From positions 975 through 64,974 of the forward strand of contig CAJAUM010000115.1 in the NCBI GenBank assembly GCA_903945175.1: a stretch of 64,000 nucleotides of DNA, in the 5' to 3' direction. The translations under genes and the position numbers were made by a program. This document shows positions 28,008 through 37,113 of the stretch, in pieces. The notes below the pieces were generated by a model, which was given only the letters and a program-made list of their open reading frames with translations, searched no databases and was not told where the DNA came from. Position 1 is the first letter of the stretch, and each line of letters starts with the position of its first letter. This DNA comes from an uncultured Bacteroidales bacterium. Its GTDB lineage: Bacteria; Bacteroidota; Bacteroidia; Bacteroidales; FEN-979.

Positions 28008-31000
28008 ATGTATTTCCGCCACGGCGCTTATGTTTTCCCGAAGGTTTTTTTTCAGATCATTGGAATAATTGTCTTCGTAGTTATTTCAATGAGTTTATCC
28101 GGCCAGAATTATTATACCCGGAATTTTACCATTGAAGATGGTTTGCCATCGAATACCGTTCGCGCGGTATTCAAGGATTCACGCGGCATCATGTGGGTTG
28201 GTACCTCGGCAGGCCTCTGCAGGTTTGACGGACGGGAATTCACCGTATATAACTCCGCCAACGGCCTTGGTGCGGAAAATATTTTCGACATTACGGAAGA
28301 CAACAAGGGGAATCTCTGGATTGGAGGAATGGGCTGCGGCATCTCCATGTTCGACGGGACAAAATTTACCAATTATGATGAGAAAAAAGGCCTGGTGTGC
28401 AATGATGTACGGCGGGTATGGTGGTCGAAGAAATTCAATATCCTGCTTGTCGGGACCAACTTGGGCTGCAGTGTTTTTACCGGGAAAGCGTTCTATTCCT
28501 TAACGGTAGCAGCAGTCGATAAAGAATATAAATCATTGGTTGTAATCGGATTTGAGGAAAAAACGGAGGTCATCAGAATTTTTAGTTACGGTTTCCGGAC
28601 AGTTTATTGGTATAACCCGGTAGCCCATAAGTTCACCAAAGATACGGTTGGGACCGTATTGAATATACAACCCAATTGTAATCCGATATCAGGAAAAAAC
28701 GGGGATACGATCTGGAGTTGGGGAAGAACCGGCATCCTGGTATGGAATAAAAAATGTATTGCAAAGTTTGACAGTTTGGGTCAGGTGTTTCATATGGCCG
28801 CAGATGATAAAAAAAACATCTGGATTGCCGCCTGGACAGAATTTCCTATTCCTGCGATGCCGGGAGGTTTTTATATGTATGACGGCACAAAGGTAGTTTC
28901 TCTGGGTAAACAGACCGGAATCACCGAACCCGGGGTCTGGACCGTGCTTTATGATTCAATATTTCATGCCGTCTGGGTAGGAACCCTTCGCCAGGGGCTT
29001 TTCAGGATGCCCTTGCCATTTGTCGAATGCTATGGACCATCCTGGTTCGGGTTATCTTCGCTGAAAATAAATGCCATCCACGCAGGCCGGGGCAACAACC
29101 TCTGGATCGCCACCTCCAAGGATATCATCAGGAAAAACCCGGATAGTGGCTTATACATATACCCGCGCGACGTGCTCAGAAAGATTCAGCATCTTGCTTA
29201 TTTAAAGTACTTTGACCTGAACTACATGCAATACAGGGATAAGGATGGCTCATTTGAGAAATATAAAAAACTGATTGCCGAAGGGAAATTTCCTTATCCA
29301 AATCCGTATCATCAAATTTTCCTTGAATGGGGAGAAGAGCGTATTTTACCTGCTGGTTCACTTTATGATCCAGCCTTGTATAACCAAGCCAGGCGGGATA
29401 TAATAAAAGAAAGCAAAGACACGACAGTCTTCGGTTTTTTAGGTATCGGTGAAGATTCCCGTCACAATATCTATGTCAAAGGAAGGTTTTTACTCATCCG
29501 GTTTAATGATAGGACAAATTTTATGCGTCCGGAAGTAATCCCCATTGCCCAAAATAATTCACTTTATATAATGGCGTTCGATAAGACAGACACATTATTT
29601 TGCTCTTCTTACTGGTTTTGGGGAATATCCAGGTGTGCCATTTTTCCTGAAGTGAAATATCCTGATCCGTTTTTTTCTTTAGCTGGCAAGGATAATGCCA
29701 CAGACCGCCCGGTGCGTATGTATTCCCGGGGTAATGAAATCTGGAGTGCAAGCAAGGTCGGGGGGCTTTTTCTTACTTTTGGGAGAAAAAATTACGCTTT
29801 CTGCAAGGCTGATTCGACCCTTCCCAGGAGTTTCAATGATCTTTGTTTCGATGGAGAGCACAATGTGATTGCCGGAGCGAACAACGGGGAGGTGTTTGTT
29901 TTTCGTTGGGATGGAGAAAAACTAAATCTACTTCACAGGTTAAACCGGAAAAACGGCATTGTTGGAAACAGCATTCGTTGGGTAAAAACCGACGGGCAAT
30001 CGAATTTATTTATCGGGACTAACGAGGGATTGAATCTGGTTGATCTGAAAGAGTTATATGCAGGGGGGAAGGCCAGGGTGAGATTTTTTTCAAAGGAGTC
30101 AGGGTATGTTGATCCAACTGCTGAATTTTCGGAAGTTGATTCAACCGGTGACCTTTGGATTGCATCAAGTAAACAGCTTTTCAGGTTGAACCGGAAACTT
30201 CTTTTTGACTATACTTCACATGTTGCAAATCTTTTGCTTACGGGGATGGAAATCAATCAGGTTCCCTTGAACCAGGTGGATGGATTTACTGCTGATCCAT
30301 GGTTCGGATCCCCGACAGAAAAACTGAAACTGACCCATGATCAGAACAATGTGATGTTTTATTTTGATGCCGTGAATTACCTGGATGCCAATCAGCAGCG
30401 GTTCAGGCACAGGCTTTTACCGGTAAACAAGCAATGGAGTGAGTATTCGTCCGACCGCAAGGCTTTTTTCCCAATGCTTCGTCCCGGTCATTACACCTTT
30501 GAGATTGAATCGTACAGTACCATTGATAACAGTCAAATCAGCCATTTATCCTATCAGTTCGTCATCCGGCCGCCCTTTTATTTTACCTGGTGGTTTATTC
30601 TTTTATCGATGTTGCTGATCACAGCCATTGCAATATCAGCCTGGCGACTTAGGATAAATCAGATCAGGAATCAGGAAAAACTTAAGGCCAGTATCCAGTT
30701 AGAGCTTACCAATATGGAGATGAAGGCGCTGAAAGCCCAAATGAATCCCCATTTTATTTTCAATGCCCTTAACTCCATTCAGAGCTATATCCTGAGCAGC
30801 AATATCGACAAGGCTTTGTATTATCTTTCCATGTTTTCAAAACTGGTGAGGAAAACCCTGGAGAATGCCACCAAGGAGTTCGTTCCCCTGGTGGAAGAGC
30901 TGGAATTCCTTAATTTTTACATTGAATTGGAGAAGATGCGGGTTGAAGGACAATTTAATTGTGTAACAGAATTGGATCCTGATCTCCCGCTCGACACCAC

Positions 31001-31349
31001 CATGATCCCACCCATGATCATTCAGCCTTTTGTGGAGAATGCGATCAAGCATGGACTCCTGAAACTCAAAGTGGTTGGGGTGCTTAGGGTACAGGTAAAA
31101 AAACTCAATGAGATCCAATACCAGATAGTCATTGAGGACAATGGCATTGGCCGGAGGAAAGCTGCGGAGTTAAAAAACAGCGAGGGGAAAGTGCATAATT
31201 CGAAGGGGCTTGACATCACCAACACCCGGATTCGCCTGTTGAATGCCAACGGGAATACGGGCAAATTCAGTATAACAACGATTGACCTGTTTGATGCTGA
31301 AGGCCATCCGGCCGGAACCCGGATTGAGGTTAATTTTCCGCTGGCTTAA
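28008..31349 (+). CDS. Sensor histidine kinase with periplasmic two-component-regulator propeller / Y_Y_Y domains and a LytS-type kinase core
   Basis: 1113 aa. Repeated propeller motifs (GLPSNTVRAVFKDSRGIMWVGT, etc.), one late TM helix, and NPHFIFNALNSIQ (His_kinase) plus an HATPase-like end. Confidence 0.85.
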   Translation: MYFRHGAYVFPKVFFQIIGIIVFVVISMSLSGQNYYTRNFTIEDGLPSNTVRAVFKDSRGIMWVGTSAGLCRFDGREFTVYNSANGLGAENIFDITEDNKGNLWIGGMGCGISMFDGTKFTNYDEKKGLVCNDVRRVWWSKKFNILLVGTNLGCSVFTGKAFYSLTVAAVDKEYKSLVVIGFEEKTEVIRIFSYGFRTVYWYNPVAHKFTKDTVGTVLNIQPNCNPISGKNGDTIWSWGRTGILVWNKKCIAKFDSLGQVFHMAADDKKNIWIAAWTEFPIPAMPGGFYMYDGTKVVSLGKQTGITEPGVWTVLYDSIFHAVWVGTLRQGLFRMPLPFVECYGPSWFGLSSLKINAIHAGRGNNLWIATSKDIIRKNPDSGLYIYPRDVLRKIQHLAYLKYFDLNYMQYRDKDGSFEKYKKLIAEGKFPYPNPYHQIFLEWGEERILPAGSLYDPALYNQARRDIIKESKDTTVFGFLGIGEDSRHNIYVKGRFLLIRFNDRTNFMRPEVIPIAQNNSLYIMAFDKTDTLFCSSYWFWGISRCAIFPEVKYPDPFFSLAGKDNATDRPVRMYSRGNEIWSASKVGGLFLTFGRKNYAFCKADSTLPRSFNDLCFDGEHNVIAGANNGEVFVFRWDGEKLNLLHRLNRKNGIVGNSIRWVKTDGQSNLFIGTNEGLNLVDLKELYAGGKARVRFFSKESGYVDPTAEFSEVDSTGDLWIASSKQLFRLNRKLLFDYTSHVANLLLTGMEINQVPLNQVDGFTADPWFGSPTEKLKLTHDQNNVMFYFDAVNYLDANQQRFRHRLLPVNKQWSEYSSDRKAFFPMLRPGHYTFEIESYSTIDNSQISHLSYQFVIRPPFYFTWWFILLSMLLITAIAISAWRLRINQIRNQEKLKASIQLELTNMEMKALKAQMNPHFIFNALNSIQSYILSSNIDKALYYLSMFSKLVRKTLENATKEFVPLVEELEFLNFYIELEKMRVEGQFNCVTELDPDLPLDTTMIPPMIIQPFVENAIKHGLLKLKVVGVLRVQVKKLNEIQYQIVIEDNGIGRRKAAELKNSEGKVHNSKGLDITNTRIRLLNANGNTGKFSITTIDLFDAEGHPAGTRIEVNFPLA

Positions 31350-31355
31350 AAAGGG

Positions 31356-31697
31356 TTACGCCAGTTGTGTCTGCTCTTCCATTGCAACACAGGGGGCCTG
31401 GTTACCAGCAGGCGCATATAAATTAATCCACCTCTCCTTCATCGCTTCCAATTGTTCATAGGAGGATGTGTTTTTCAGTACCTCGTATTGCAGGATTTTG
31501 GGTTTTACCGACTGCATGAAGTACCGCAAGGGGATATTGGGCTCATTGGGTCTGAAATGAGCAAGCATGGCCTGATGGAGGTTGTCAGTCACCCCTACGA
31601 AACGGCAGTTTGCTGATGAGAAAATGGCATAAACGGCCGTAGATACCGGCAAATTCACCTTTTCAGAATTTAACAGGATTTGTATTGCTTCATTCAT
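31356..31697 (-). CDS. Hypothetical protein (weak, degenerate GIY-YIG-like N-terminus)
   Basis: 113-aa ORF. AVYAIFSSANCRFVGVTDNLHQAMLAHF loosely resembles a GIY-x10-YIG nuclease core but lacks the tyrosines. The function is not supported. Confidence 0.4.
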   Translation of the reverse strand: MNEAIQILLNSEKVNLPVSTAVYAIFSSANCRFVGVTDNLHQAMLAHFRPNEPNIPLRYFMQSVKPKILQYEVLKNTSSYEQLEAMKERWINLYAPAGNQAPCVAMEEQTQLA

Positions 31698-32015
31698 GGT
31701 TATTACGTTTTTTGATAATGTTCATCCCCATAATAAAACTATAACATAGCTATATAAGTCTGCAAATATATAACAATCTTAATGCACTCGGTTACGAATT
31801 TATTTAACGTGGGGTTTTATATGTGAATGAATACTTCTATACAAGGAACGCACAATTAGTGGAGGAGAATTATAATCAACCCCAAATTGACATATATCAA
31901 TCCATTCCTTGATATTTGACAATACTGTTTTGTTATTTCACACCTAATCAATTCATTAAAATATAAAATTGGAATCAGCTTGATATGTCAGGTTAGGTTG
32001 TTTCAGATTAATTTT

Positions 32016-32023
32016 TAACTTTG
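32016..32023 (+). promoter_or_regulatory. -7 promoter element (TAACTTTG) for the nuo operon
   Basis: TAnnTTTG match 27 nt upstream of the nuoA ATG, at the end of a 352-nt AT-rich intergenic region. Confidence 0.45.
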
Positions 32024-32049
32024 CCCCCACTTCTGTTAAAAGATTCACT

Positions 32050-32400
32050 ATGAGTGCTGAAAGTCTGATTCTTTTCTTTATTGTTGGGGCCTTTCTGGTG
32101 GGGTTTGCCATTGTGTTCGCCACCCTTGTTGCACCCACTTCAACAAACCCGCAAAAGGCTGAACCTTACGAATGTGGTATCCCCACCGAGGGACTGACCT
32201 GGCTTCAGTTCAATGTGGGGTATTACCTTTTTGCCATCATCTTTTTGGTTTTCGATGTGGAAAGTGTCTTTATCTTCCCATGGGCTGTGGTGATGAAAGA
32301 ACTTGGCATGGTTGCCTTTATTGAGATCATCATCTTCTTTTTTGTTCTCGGATTGGGTCTGTTATATGCCTGGAAGAAAGGAGCTTTGAAATGGGAATAA
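32050..32400 (+). CDS. nuoA: NADH-quinone oxidoreductase subunit A
   Basis: 116 aa, three TM helices, YECG motif, first gene of the operon. Confidence 0.9.
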   Translation: MSAESLILFFIVGAFLVGFAIVFATLVAPTSTNPQKAEPYECGIPTEGLTWLQFNVGYYLFAIIFLVFDVESVFIFPWAVVMKELGMVAFIEIIIFFFVLGLGLLYAWKKGALKWE

Positions 32401-32942
32401 AAAATATGAAAGAGGCGGATTTCCGCGATAATGAAAGTCTGGAGCTATTTAAGCAATCGGGTGGTAATATTCTGATGACCACCATCGATGCCGTGATTGA
32501 CTGGGGCCGTTCAAATTCCATCTGGCCGCTCACCTTTGCCACCAGTTGCTGCGGCATTGAAATGATGGCTACCGGCGCTTCGCGCCACGATTTTGCCCGG
32601 TTCGGGATTGAAGTGTACCGTGCCTCTCCCCGTCAGGCCGATGTTATTGTGGTGGCCGGAACCGTTGTTAACAAAATGGCCCCGGTGCTCAAACGGTTGT
32701 ACGACCAAATGTCGGATCCCAAATATGTGATCGCCATGGGCGCCTGCGCAGTTTCCGGCGGCCCCTTCTTTTACAATACCTATCACGTTGTACGTGGCGT
32801 TGACCACGTGATTCCGGTCGATGTGTACGTTCCCGGCTGCCCGCCGCGTCCCGAAGCCCTGCTCTATGGCGTGATGCAGCTTCAGCGCAAAATAAAACTG
32901 GAATCCATGACCAATCCAAGAAAAACCGAAGAATTAAAATAG
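32391..32942 (+). CDS. nuoB: NADH-quinone oxidoreductase subunit B
   Basis: [17 protein letters not shown] and PGCPPRPE (N2 cluster ligands). Confidence 0.95.
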   Translation: MGIKNMKEADFRDNESLELFKQSGGNILMTTIDAVIDWGRSNSIWPLTFATSCCGIEMMATGASRHDFARFGIEVYRASPRQADVIVVAGTVVNKMAPVLKRLYDQMSDPKYVIAMGACAVSGGPFFYNTYHVVRGVDHVIPVDVYVPGCPPRPEALLYGVMQLQRKIKLESMTNPRKTEELK

Positions 32943-32955
32943 ATAATTTCCCAAG

Positions 32956-33414
32956 ATGGATAACGCAGCATTGAAGGAGCGTATTCTGGGTCTGGTTCCC
33001 GACGCAGAATACCAGGAGAACAAGCAATTCCTTACCTTCATCATCCCGCCGGCAAAAATGCATGACCTCGCCTTCAAACTCAAGTCTGAGGCAGACCTTG
33101 CATTCGATTTTCTCTTCTGCCTTAGCGGAGTTGACATGGTGAAATTCCTTGAAGTGGTTTATCACCTCGAATCAACTTCCCACAAGCATCAACTGGAACT
33201 CAAAGTGCGCACGGAAGATCGTGTTAACGGAGCTGTTGACACCGTTTGCGATATATGGAGAACGGCCGAGTTTCATGAACGGGAGGCCTTCGACCTTGTT
33301 GGTATCCGGTTCAACAACCATCCCGACCTCCGGAGGATTTTCCTCGAAGAGGGCTGGCTTGGTCACCCGCTCCGTAAAGATTATGTTGATGAAGTTAACA
33401 TCGTAGAACTTTAA
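32956..33414 (+). CDS. nuoC: NADH-quinone oxidoreductase subunit C
   Basis: WRTAEFHEREAFDLVGIRFNNHPDLRRI motif. Confidence 0.9.
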   Translation: MDNAALKERILGLVPDAEYQENKQFLTFIIPPAKMHDLAFKLKSEADLAFDFLFCLSGVDMVKFLEVVYHLESTSHKHQLELKVRTEDRVNGAVDTVCDIWRTAEFHEREAFDLVGIRFNNHPDLRRIFLEEGWLGHPLRKDYVDEVNIVEL

Positions 33415-33417
33415 GGT

Positions 33418-34545
33418 ATGAAAGAAGTCATTCACCTGCCTGTCCAGAATGTTGAGGAGGAGGAATACCATATTAATATGGGGCCGCAGCACCCATCCAC
33501 CCATGGCGTGCTCCGGTTGGTTGTTTCACTCCAGGGAGAGATCGTAAAAAGCCTGAAGCCGCATTGCGGGTATATCCACCGCGGCATTGAGAAGATGTGT
33601 GAGAAGGATACCTATCCCCAGATCATCCATCTCACCGACCGGATGGATTATCTCTCAGCCCACATCAACAACCACGCTGTATGTATGCTGGTTGAGAAGG
33701 CACTCGAAGTCGAAGTCCCAGAAAGGGTAAAATACATCCGGACCATTGTCGATGAACTCAACCGGATTGCCTCCCACCAGTTATGGTGGTGCAGCTTCGG
33801 CATGGATATGGGCGGACTGACCTGTTTTTTCTATGGATTGCGCGACCGTGAAAAAATTCTCGATATTTTCGAAGAATCATTCGGGTCACGATTGCTTCAC
33901 TCTTATTACACGCCGGGCGGACTCATGATGGACATTCACCCTGACTTCCAGAAGAATGTCAAGGCTTTTATCAAGTATTTCCGCAAGAAGATCAAGGACT
34001 ATGATGAACTGCTTACCGGCAACATCATCATGCAGCTGCGTACCCAGGGTATCGGAATTCTTTCAAAGGAAGATGCCATCAGTTACGGGGTAACAGGTCC
34101 GTCGGGCCGTGCCTCGGGGTTTGCCTGCGATGTTCGCAAACATCACCCGTATGGGGTATACGATAAAGCAGATTTCAAGGAAATTCTCGGAACCAAAGGC
34201 GATACCTTTGAACGCTACATGATGAGAATGGACGAAATGCTTGAATCGATGAAGATCATCGAGCAGCTCATTGACAATATTCCTGCCGGGGACCACACCG
34301 CAAAGATGAAAGCAGTGCTCAAACTTCCTGCCGGTGAGTATTTCCAACGCGTGGAGGCAGCCCGTGGTGAATTGGGGGTGTATGTTGTCAGCGATGGCAA
34401 TAAAAGCCCGTATCGCATGAAATTCCGTTCCCCGAATTTCTCCAACCTGAGTGTACTTGATCATATCAGCCGTGGGTGTAAGATTGCTGACCTGGTAGCC
34501 ATTGGGGCCTCATTAGACTATGTTATTCCGGATATTGACAGATAA
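33418..34545 (+). CDS. nuoD: NADH-quinone oxidoreductase subunit D
   Basis: NMGPQHPSTHGVLRL near the N-terminus and VIPDIDR at the C-terminus. Confidence 0.95.
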   Translation: MKEVIHLPVQNVEEEEYHINMGPQHPSTHGVLRLVVSLQGEIVKSLKPHCGYIHRGIEKMCEKDTYPQIIHLTDRMDYLSAHINNHAVCMLVEKALEVEVPERVKYIRTIVDELNRIASHQLWWCSFGMDMGGLTCFFYGLRDREKILDIFEESFGSRLLHSYYTPGGLMMDIHPDFQKNVKAFIKYFRKKIKDYDELLTGNIIMQLRTQGIGILSKEDAISYGVTGPSGRASGFACDVRKHHPYGVYDKADFKEILGTKGDTFERYMMRMDEMLESMKIIEQLIDNIPAGDHTAKMKAVLKLPAGEYFQRVEAARGELGVYVVSDGNKSPYRMKFRSPNFSNLSVLDHISRGCKIADLVAIGASLDYVIPDIDR

Positions 34546-34557
34546 TAAAATTTATCT

Positions 34558-35646
34558 ATGAACTTTAGCATATACGACTTTACGTCATTCACCCAATGGA
34601 TCGATAAGTTCCTCTACGACAACCTGCCGGCCTTCTGGGCCATCGCCGTGGAAATGACCCTCATCGGCCTGGTTATCCTCGTTTTTTATGCGCTGGTCGG
34701 GCTTTTCCTGGTGTATGCAGAGCGAAAGGTTTGTGCATTCATGCAGAACCGGGTCGGACCAAACCGGGTTGGCCCGTTTGGATTTTTCCAGACAATCGCC
34801 GACTTTGTTAAGCTTATGATGAAGGAGTTGGTGTACATCAAGAATGCAGACAAACTGCTGTTCAACATTGCACCATTCATAATCATCATAGCTTCATTCA
34901 TGGCCATTGCAGCCATCCCGTTTGCCAAGGGGCTGCATGCCATTGATTTTGATATAGGGGTCCTTTATGTGATTGCTGTATCATCTCTGGGTGTTGTGGG
35001 AATCCTGCTGGCCGGCTGGTCGAGCAACAACAAGTATTCACTCATCGGCGCCATGCGTTCAGGAGCCCAGATTGTGAGCTATGAACTCTCGGTAGGGCTG
35101 TCGCTGGTCACCATCATCATCCTGGCTGGTACCATGCAGTTTTCGGCCATTGTAGAGGGACAGGCCAATGGTTGGTTTATATTTAAAGGGCACATCCCTG
35201 CTTTTATCGCTTTTATTATTTTCCTGATCTCCAGCACTGCTGAAACAAATCGGGGTCCTTTTGACCTGGCCGAAGCCGAATCGGAACTTACAGCCGGGTT
35301 CCATACCGAATATTCAGGGATCAAGTTCGCCTTTTTCTTTCTGGCTGAATATATGAACATGTTTATTGTGGCCTCCATTGCAGCAACCGTATTCCTGGGC
35401 GGCTGGATGCCGTTCCATGTCAGCGGATGGGCGGGATTCAACCACATCATGGATTTTATCCCGCCATTTGTATGGTATATCGGGAAAACCTTCTTTATTA
35501 TCTGGATTATGATGTGGTTCAAATGGACCTTCCCGAGATTAAGGATCGACCAGTTATTGACACTGGAATGGAAATATCTATTACCCATCAACCTGGTCAA
35601 TATTCTTATCATGGCATTTATCGTATTAATGGGTTGGCATTTTTAG
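34558..35646 (+). CDS. nuoH: NADH-quinone oxidoreductase subunit H
   Basis: [19 protein letters not shown] and [14 protein letters not shown] motifs. Confidence 0.95.
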   Translation: MNFSIYDFTSFTQWIDKFLYDNLPAFWAIAVEMTLIGLVILVFYALVGLFLVYAERKVCAFMQNRVGPNRVGPFGFFQTIADFVKLMMKELVYIKNADKLLFNIAPFIIIIASFMAIAAIPFAKGLHAIDFDIGVLYVIAVSSLGVVGILLAGWSSNNKYSLIGAMRSGAQIVSYELSVGLSLVTIIILAGTMQFSAIVEGQANGWFIFKGHIPAFIAFIIFLISSTAETNRGPFDLAEAESELTAGFHTEYSGIKFAFFFLAEYMNMFIVASIAATVFLGGWMPFHVSGWAGFNHIMDFIPPFVWYIGKTFFIIWIMMWFKWTFPRLRIDQLLTLEWKYLLPINLVNILIMAFIVLMGWHF

Positions 35647-35652
35647 AAAACT

Positions 35653-36135
35653 ATGAACAGCTTTTTCGAATATTTTACAGATATCTACCGCGCGGTTAAA
35701 TCTCTCCTTACGGGGATGAAGGTAACCGGGAGATACTTCTTCAGCCCCTGGGAGATCGTAACCCAGCAGTACCCGGAGAACCGGAAGACCCTGAAAATGT
35801 ACGACCGGTTCAAGGGCGAAGTGATCATGCCACACAATGAGCACAACGAACATCGCTGTACCGGATGCGGGATATGTGAAACGGCTTGCCCGAACGGAAC
35901 CATCGAGATCATTCAGGCAAAGATCGATATGCCCGACGGCAAAAAGAAACGCATCATCGACAAGCATATTTACCACCTGGGGATGTGCACCTTTTGCGGG
36001 TTGTGCATCAAAGCGTGCCCCTCGGATGCACTGGCCTGGGGACAGGAGTTCGAACATGCGGTATTTGACCGGTCGAAACTGAACAAGACCTTGAATCAAC
36101 CCGGATCATCCATCATTAAAGATATTGTAGAATGA
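35653..36135 (+). CDS. nuoI: NADH-quinone oxidoreductase subunit I
   Basis: Two 4Fe-4S motifs, CTGCGICETACP and CTFCGLCIKACP. Confidence 0.92.
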   Translation: MNSFFEYFTDIYRAVKSLLTGMKVTGRYFFSPWEIVTQQYPENRKTLKMYDRFKGEVIMPHNEHNEHRCTGCGICETACPNGTIEIIQAKIDMPDGKKKRIIDKHIYHLGMCTFCGLCIKACPSDALAWGQEFEHAVFDRSKLNKTLNQPGSSIIKDIVE

Positions 36136-36644
36136 CACCAAATCAATTGATGTTTGCGATATTTTCCGCAGTCATTATCATCTTTTCCATCCTGACTGTG
36201 ACCAGCCGGCGTATTCTGCGGGCAGCCATCTTTCTCTTGTTTGTACTTGTTGCAACAGGTGGCTTGTACTTTCTGCTGAGGTTTAACTACCTTGCAGCCA
36301 TTCAGCTTACCCTGTATGCCGGCGGCATCGTGGTCATGATCATTTTTTCGATCCTTCTTACAAGTCATATTGCAGAAAAACTGGAAGCGCCGGGTCTGAA
36401 AAAGATCATCCCTGCTTTTTTTGCTGCGGCCGGAGGCGCCTTGATTACCATTGCAACCATCCTGCAGCACAAATTTCCTACTGAGGTTATTTCGGGCAGC
36501 GAACGTACCGACATCCGGTTGATCGCCAAAAGCCTTATCAGCACAGAAAAATTCGGATATGCACTGCCCTTCGAAGTGATCAGCATCCTGTTGCTCGCAG
36601 CGATGGTGGGGGCTATCATCCTTGCAAAAAAACGTAAAGATTAA
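36132..36644 (+). CDS. nuoJ: NADH-quinone oxidoreductase subunit J
   Basis: 170-aa membrane protein, operon position, YAGGIVVM motif. Confidence 0.85.
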   Translation: MTPNQLMFAIFSAVIIIFSILTVTSRRILRAAIFLLFVLVATGGLYFLLRFNYLAAIQLTLYAGGIVVMIIFSILLTSHIAEKLEAPGLKKIIPAFFAAAGGALITIATILQHKFPTEVISGSERTDIRLIAKSLISTEKFGYALPFEVISILLLAAMVGAIILAKKRKD

Positions 36645-36666
36645 TTCACAATAATACCAAGACGAT

Positions 36667-36984
36667 ATGTTTGAAGGCGTTCCTTTAACCTGGTTTTTAA
36701 TCACCGGCACCATCATGTTCTTTGTCGGTATTTATGGATTTCTGGTCAGGAAAAACCTGATCACAATCCTCATGTCGACAGAGCTGATCCTGAATTCGGT
36801 CAACATCAACTTTGTTGCATTTAATAAAATCCTTTACCCGGATCATCTGGAGGGGATGTTTTTCAGCATTTTCATCATTGCAGTTGCCGCAGCGGAAGCA
36901 TCGGTGGCCATCGCCATCATCATCAACATCTACCGCCGCCTGGTCGATATCAATGTGGAGAAGATGAATGAAATGAAATATTAG
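36667..36984 (+). CDS. nuoK: NADH-quinone oxidoreductase subunit K
   Basis: 105 aa, three TM helices, conserved Glu residues (STELILNSVN, AAAEASVAIAI). Confidence 0.9.
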   Translation: MFEGVPLTWFLITGTIMFFVGIYGFLVRKNLITILMSTELILNSVNINFVAFNKILYPDHLEGMFFSIFIIAVAAAEASVAIAIIINIYRRLVDINVEKMNEMKY

Positions 36985-36990
36985 GGGTTA

Positions 36991-37060
36991 GGAATTAGCC
37001 AATAGCCATTAGGGAAAAGGAAAGCCTCAATGGCCAATGGCTAATGGCTAATGCCTTTTT
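36991..37060 (+). repeat. Inverted heptamer arrays forming an 18/20-bp hairpin plus T5 between nuoK and nuoL
   Basis: Left arm ggaattagccaatagccatt (36991-37010) pairs with right arm aatggctaatggctaatgcc (37036-37055). 25-nt loop, then ttttt. The units are AGCCAAT/AGCCATT and their complement AATGGCT. Confidence 0.9.
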
Positions 37061-37113
37061 AAACCAAATAACCGAATAAAATTATCAGAATAACAACGTA
37101 ATTCAAGCCTCAT

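Noticed and set aside
35079-36716. Long antisense ORFs inside nuoH-nuoJ (35079-35612, 35626-36099, 36096-36716), and similar ones inside hdrA (52336-52842) and flxB (54289-54927)
   Set aside because: They are shadow ORFs opposite strongly supported genes, have no motifs, and their composition is typical of antisense frames.
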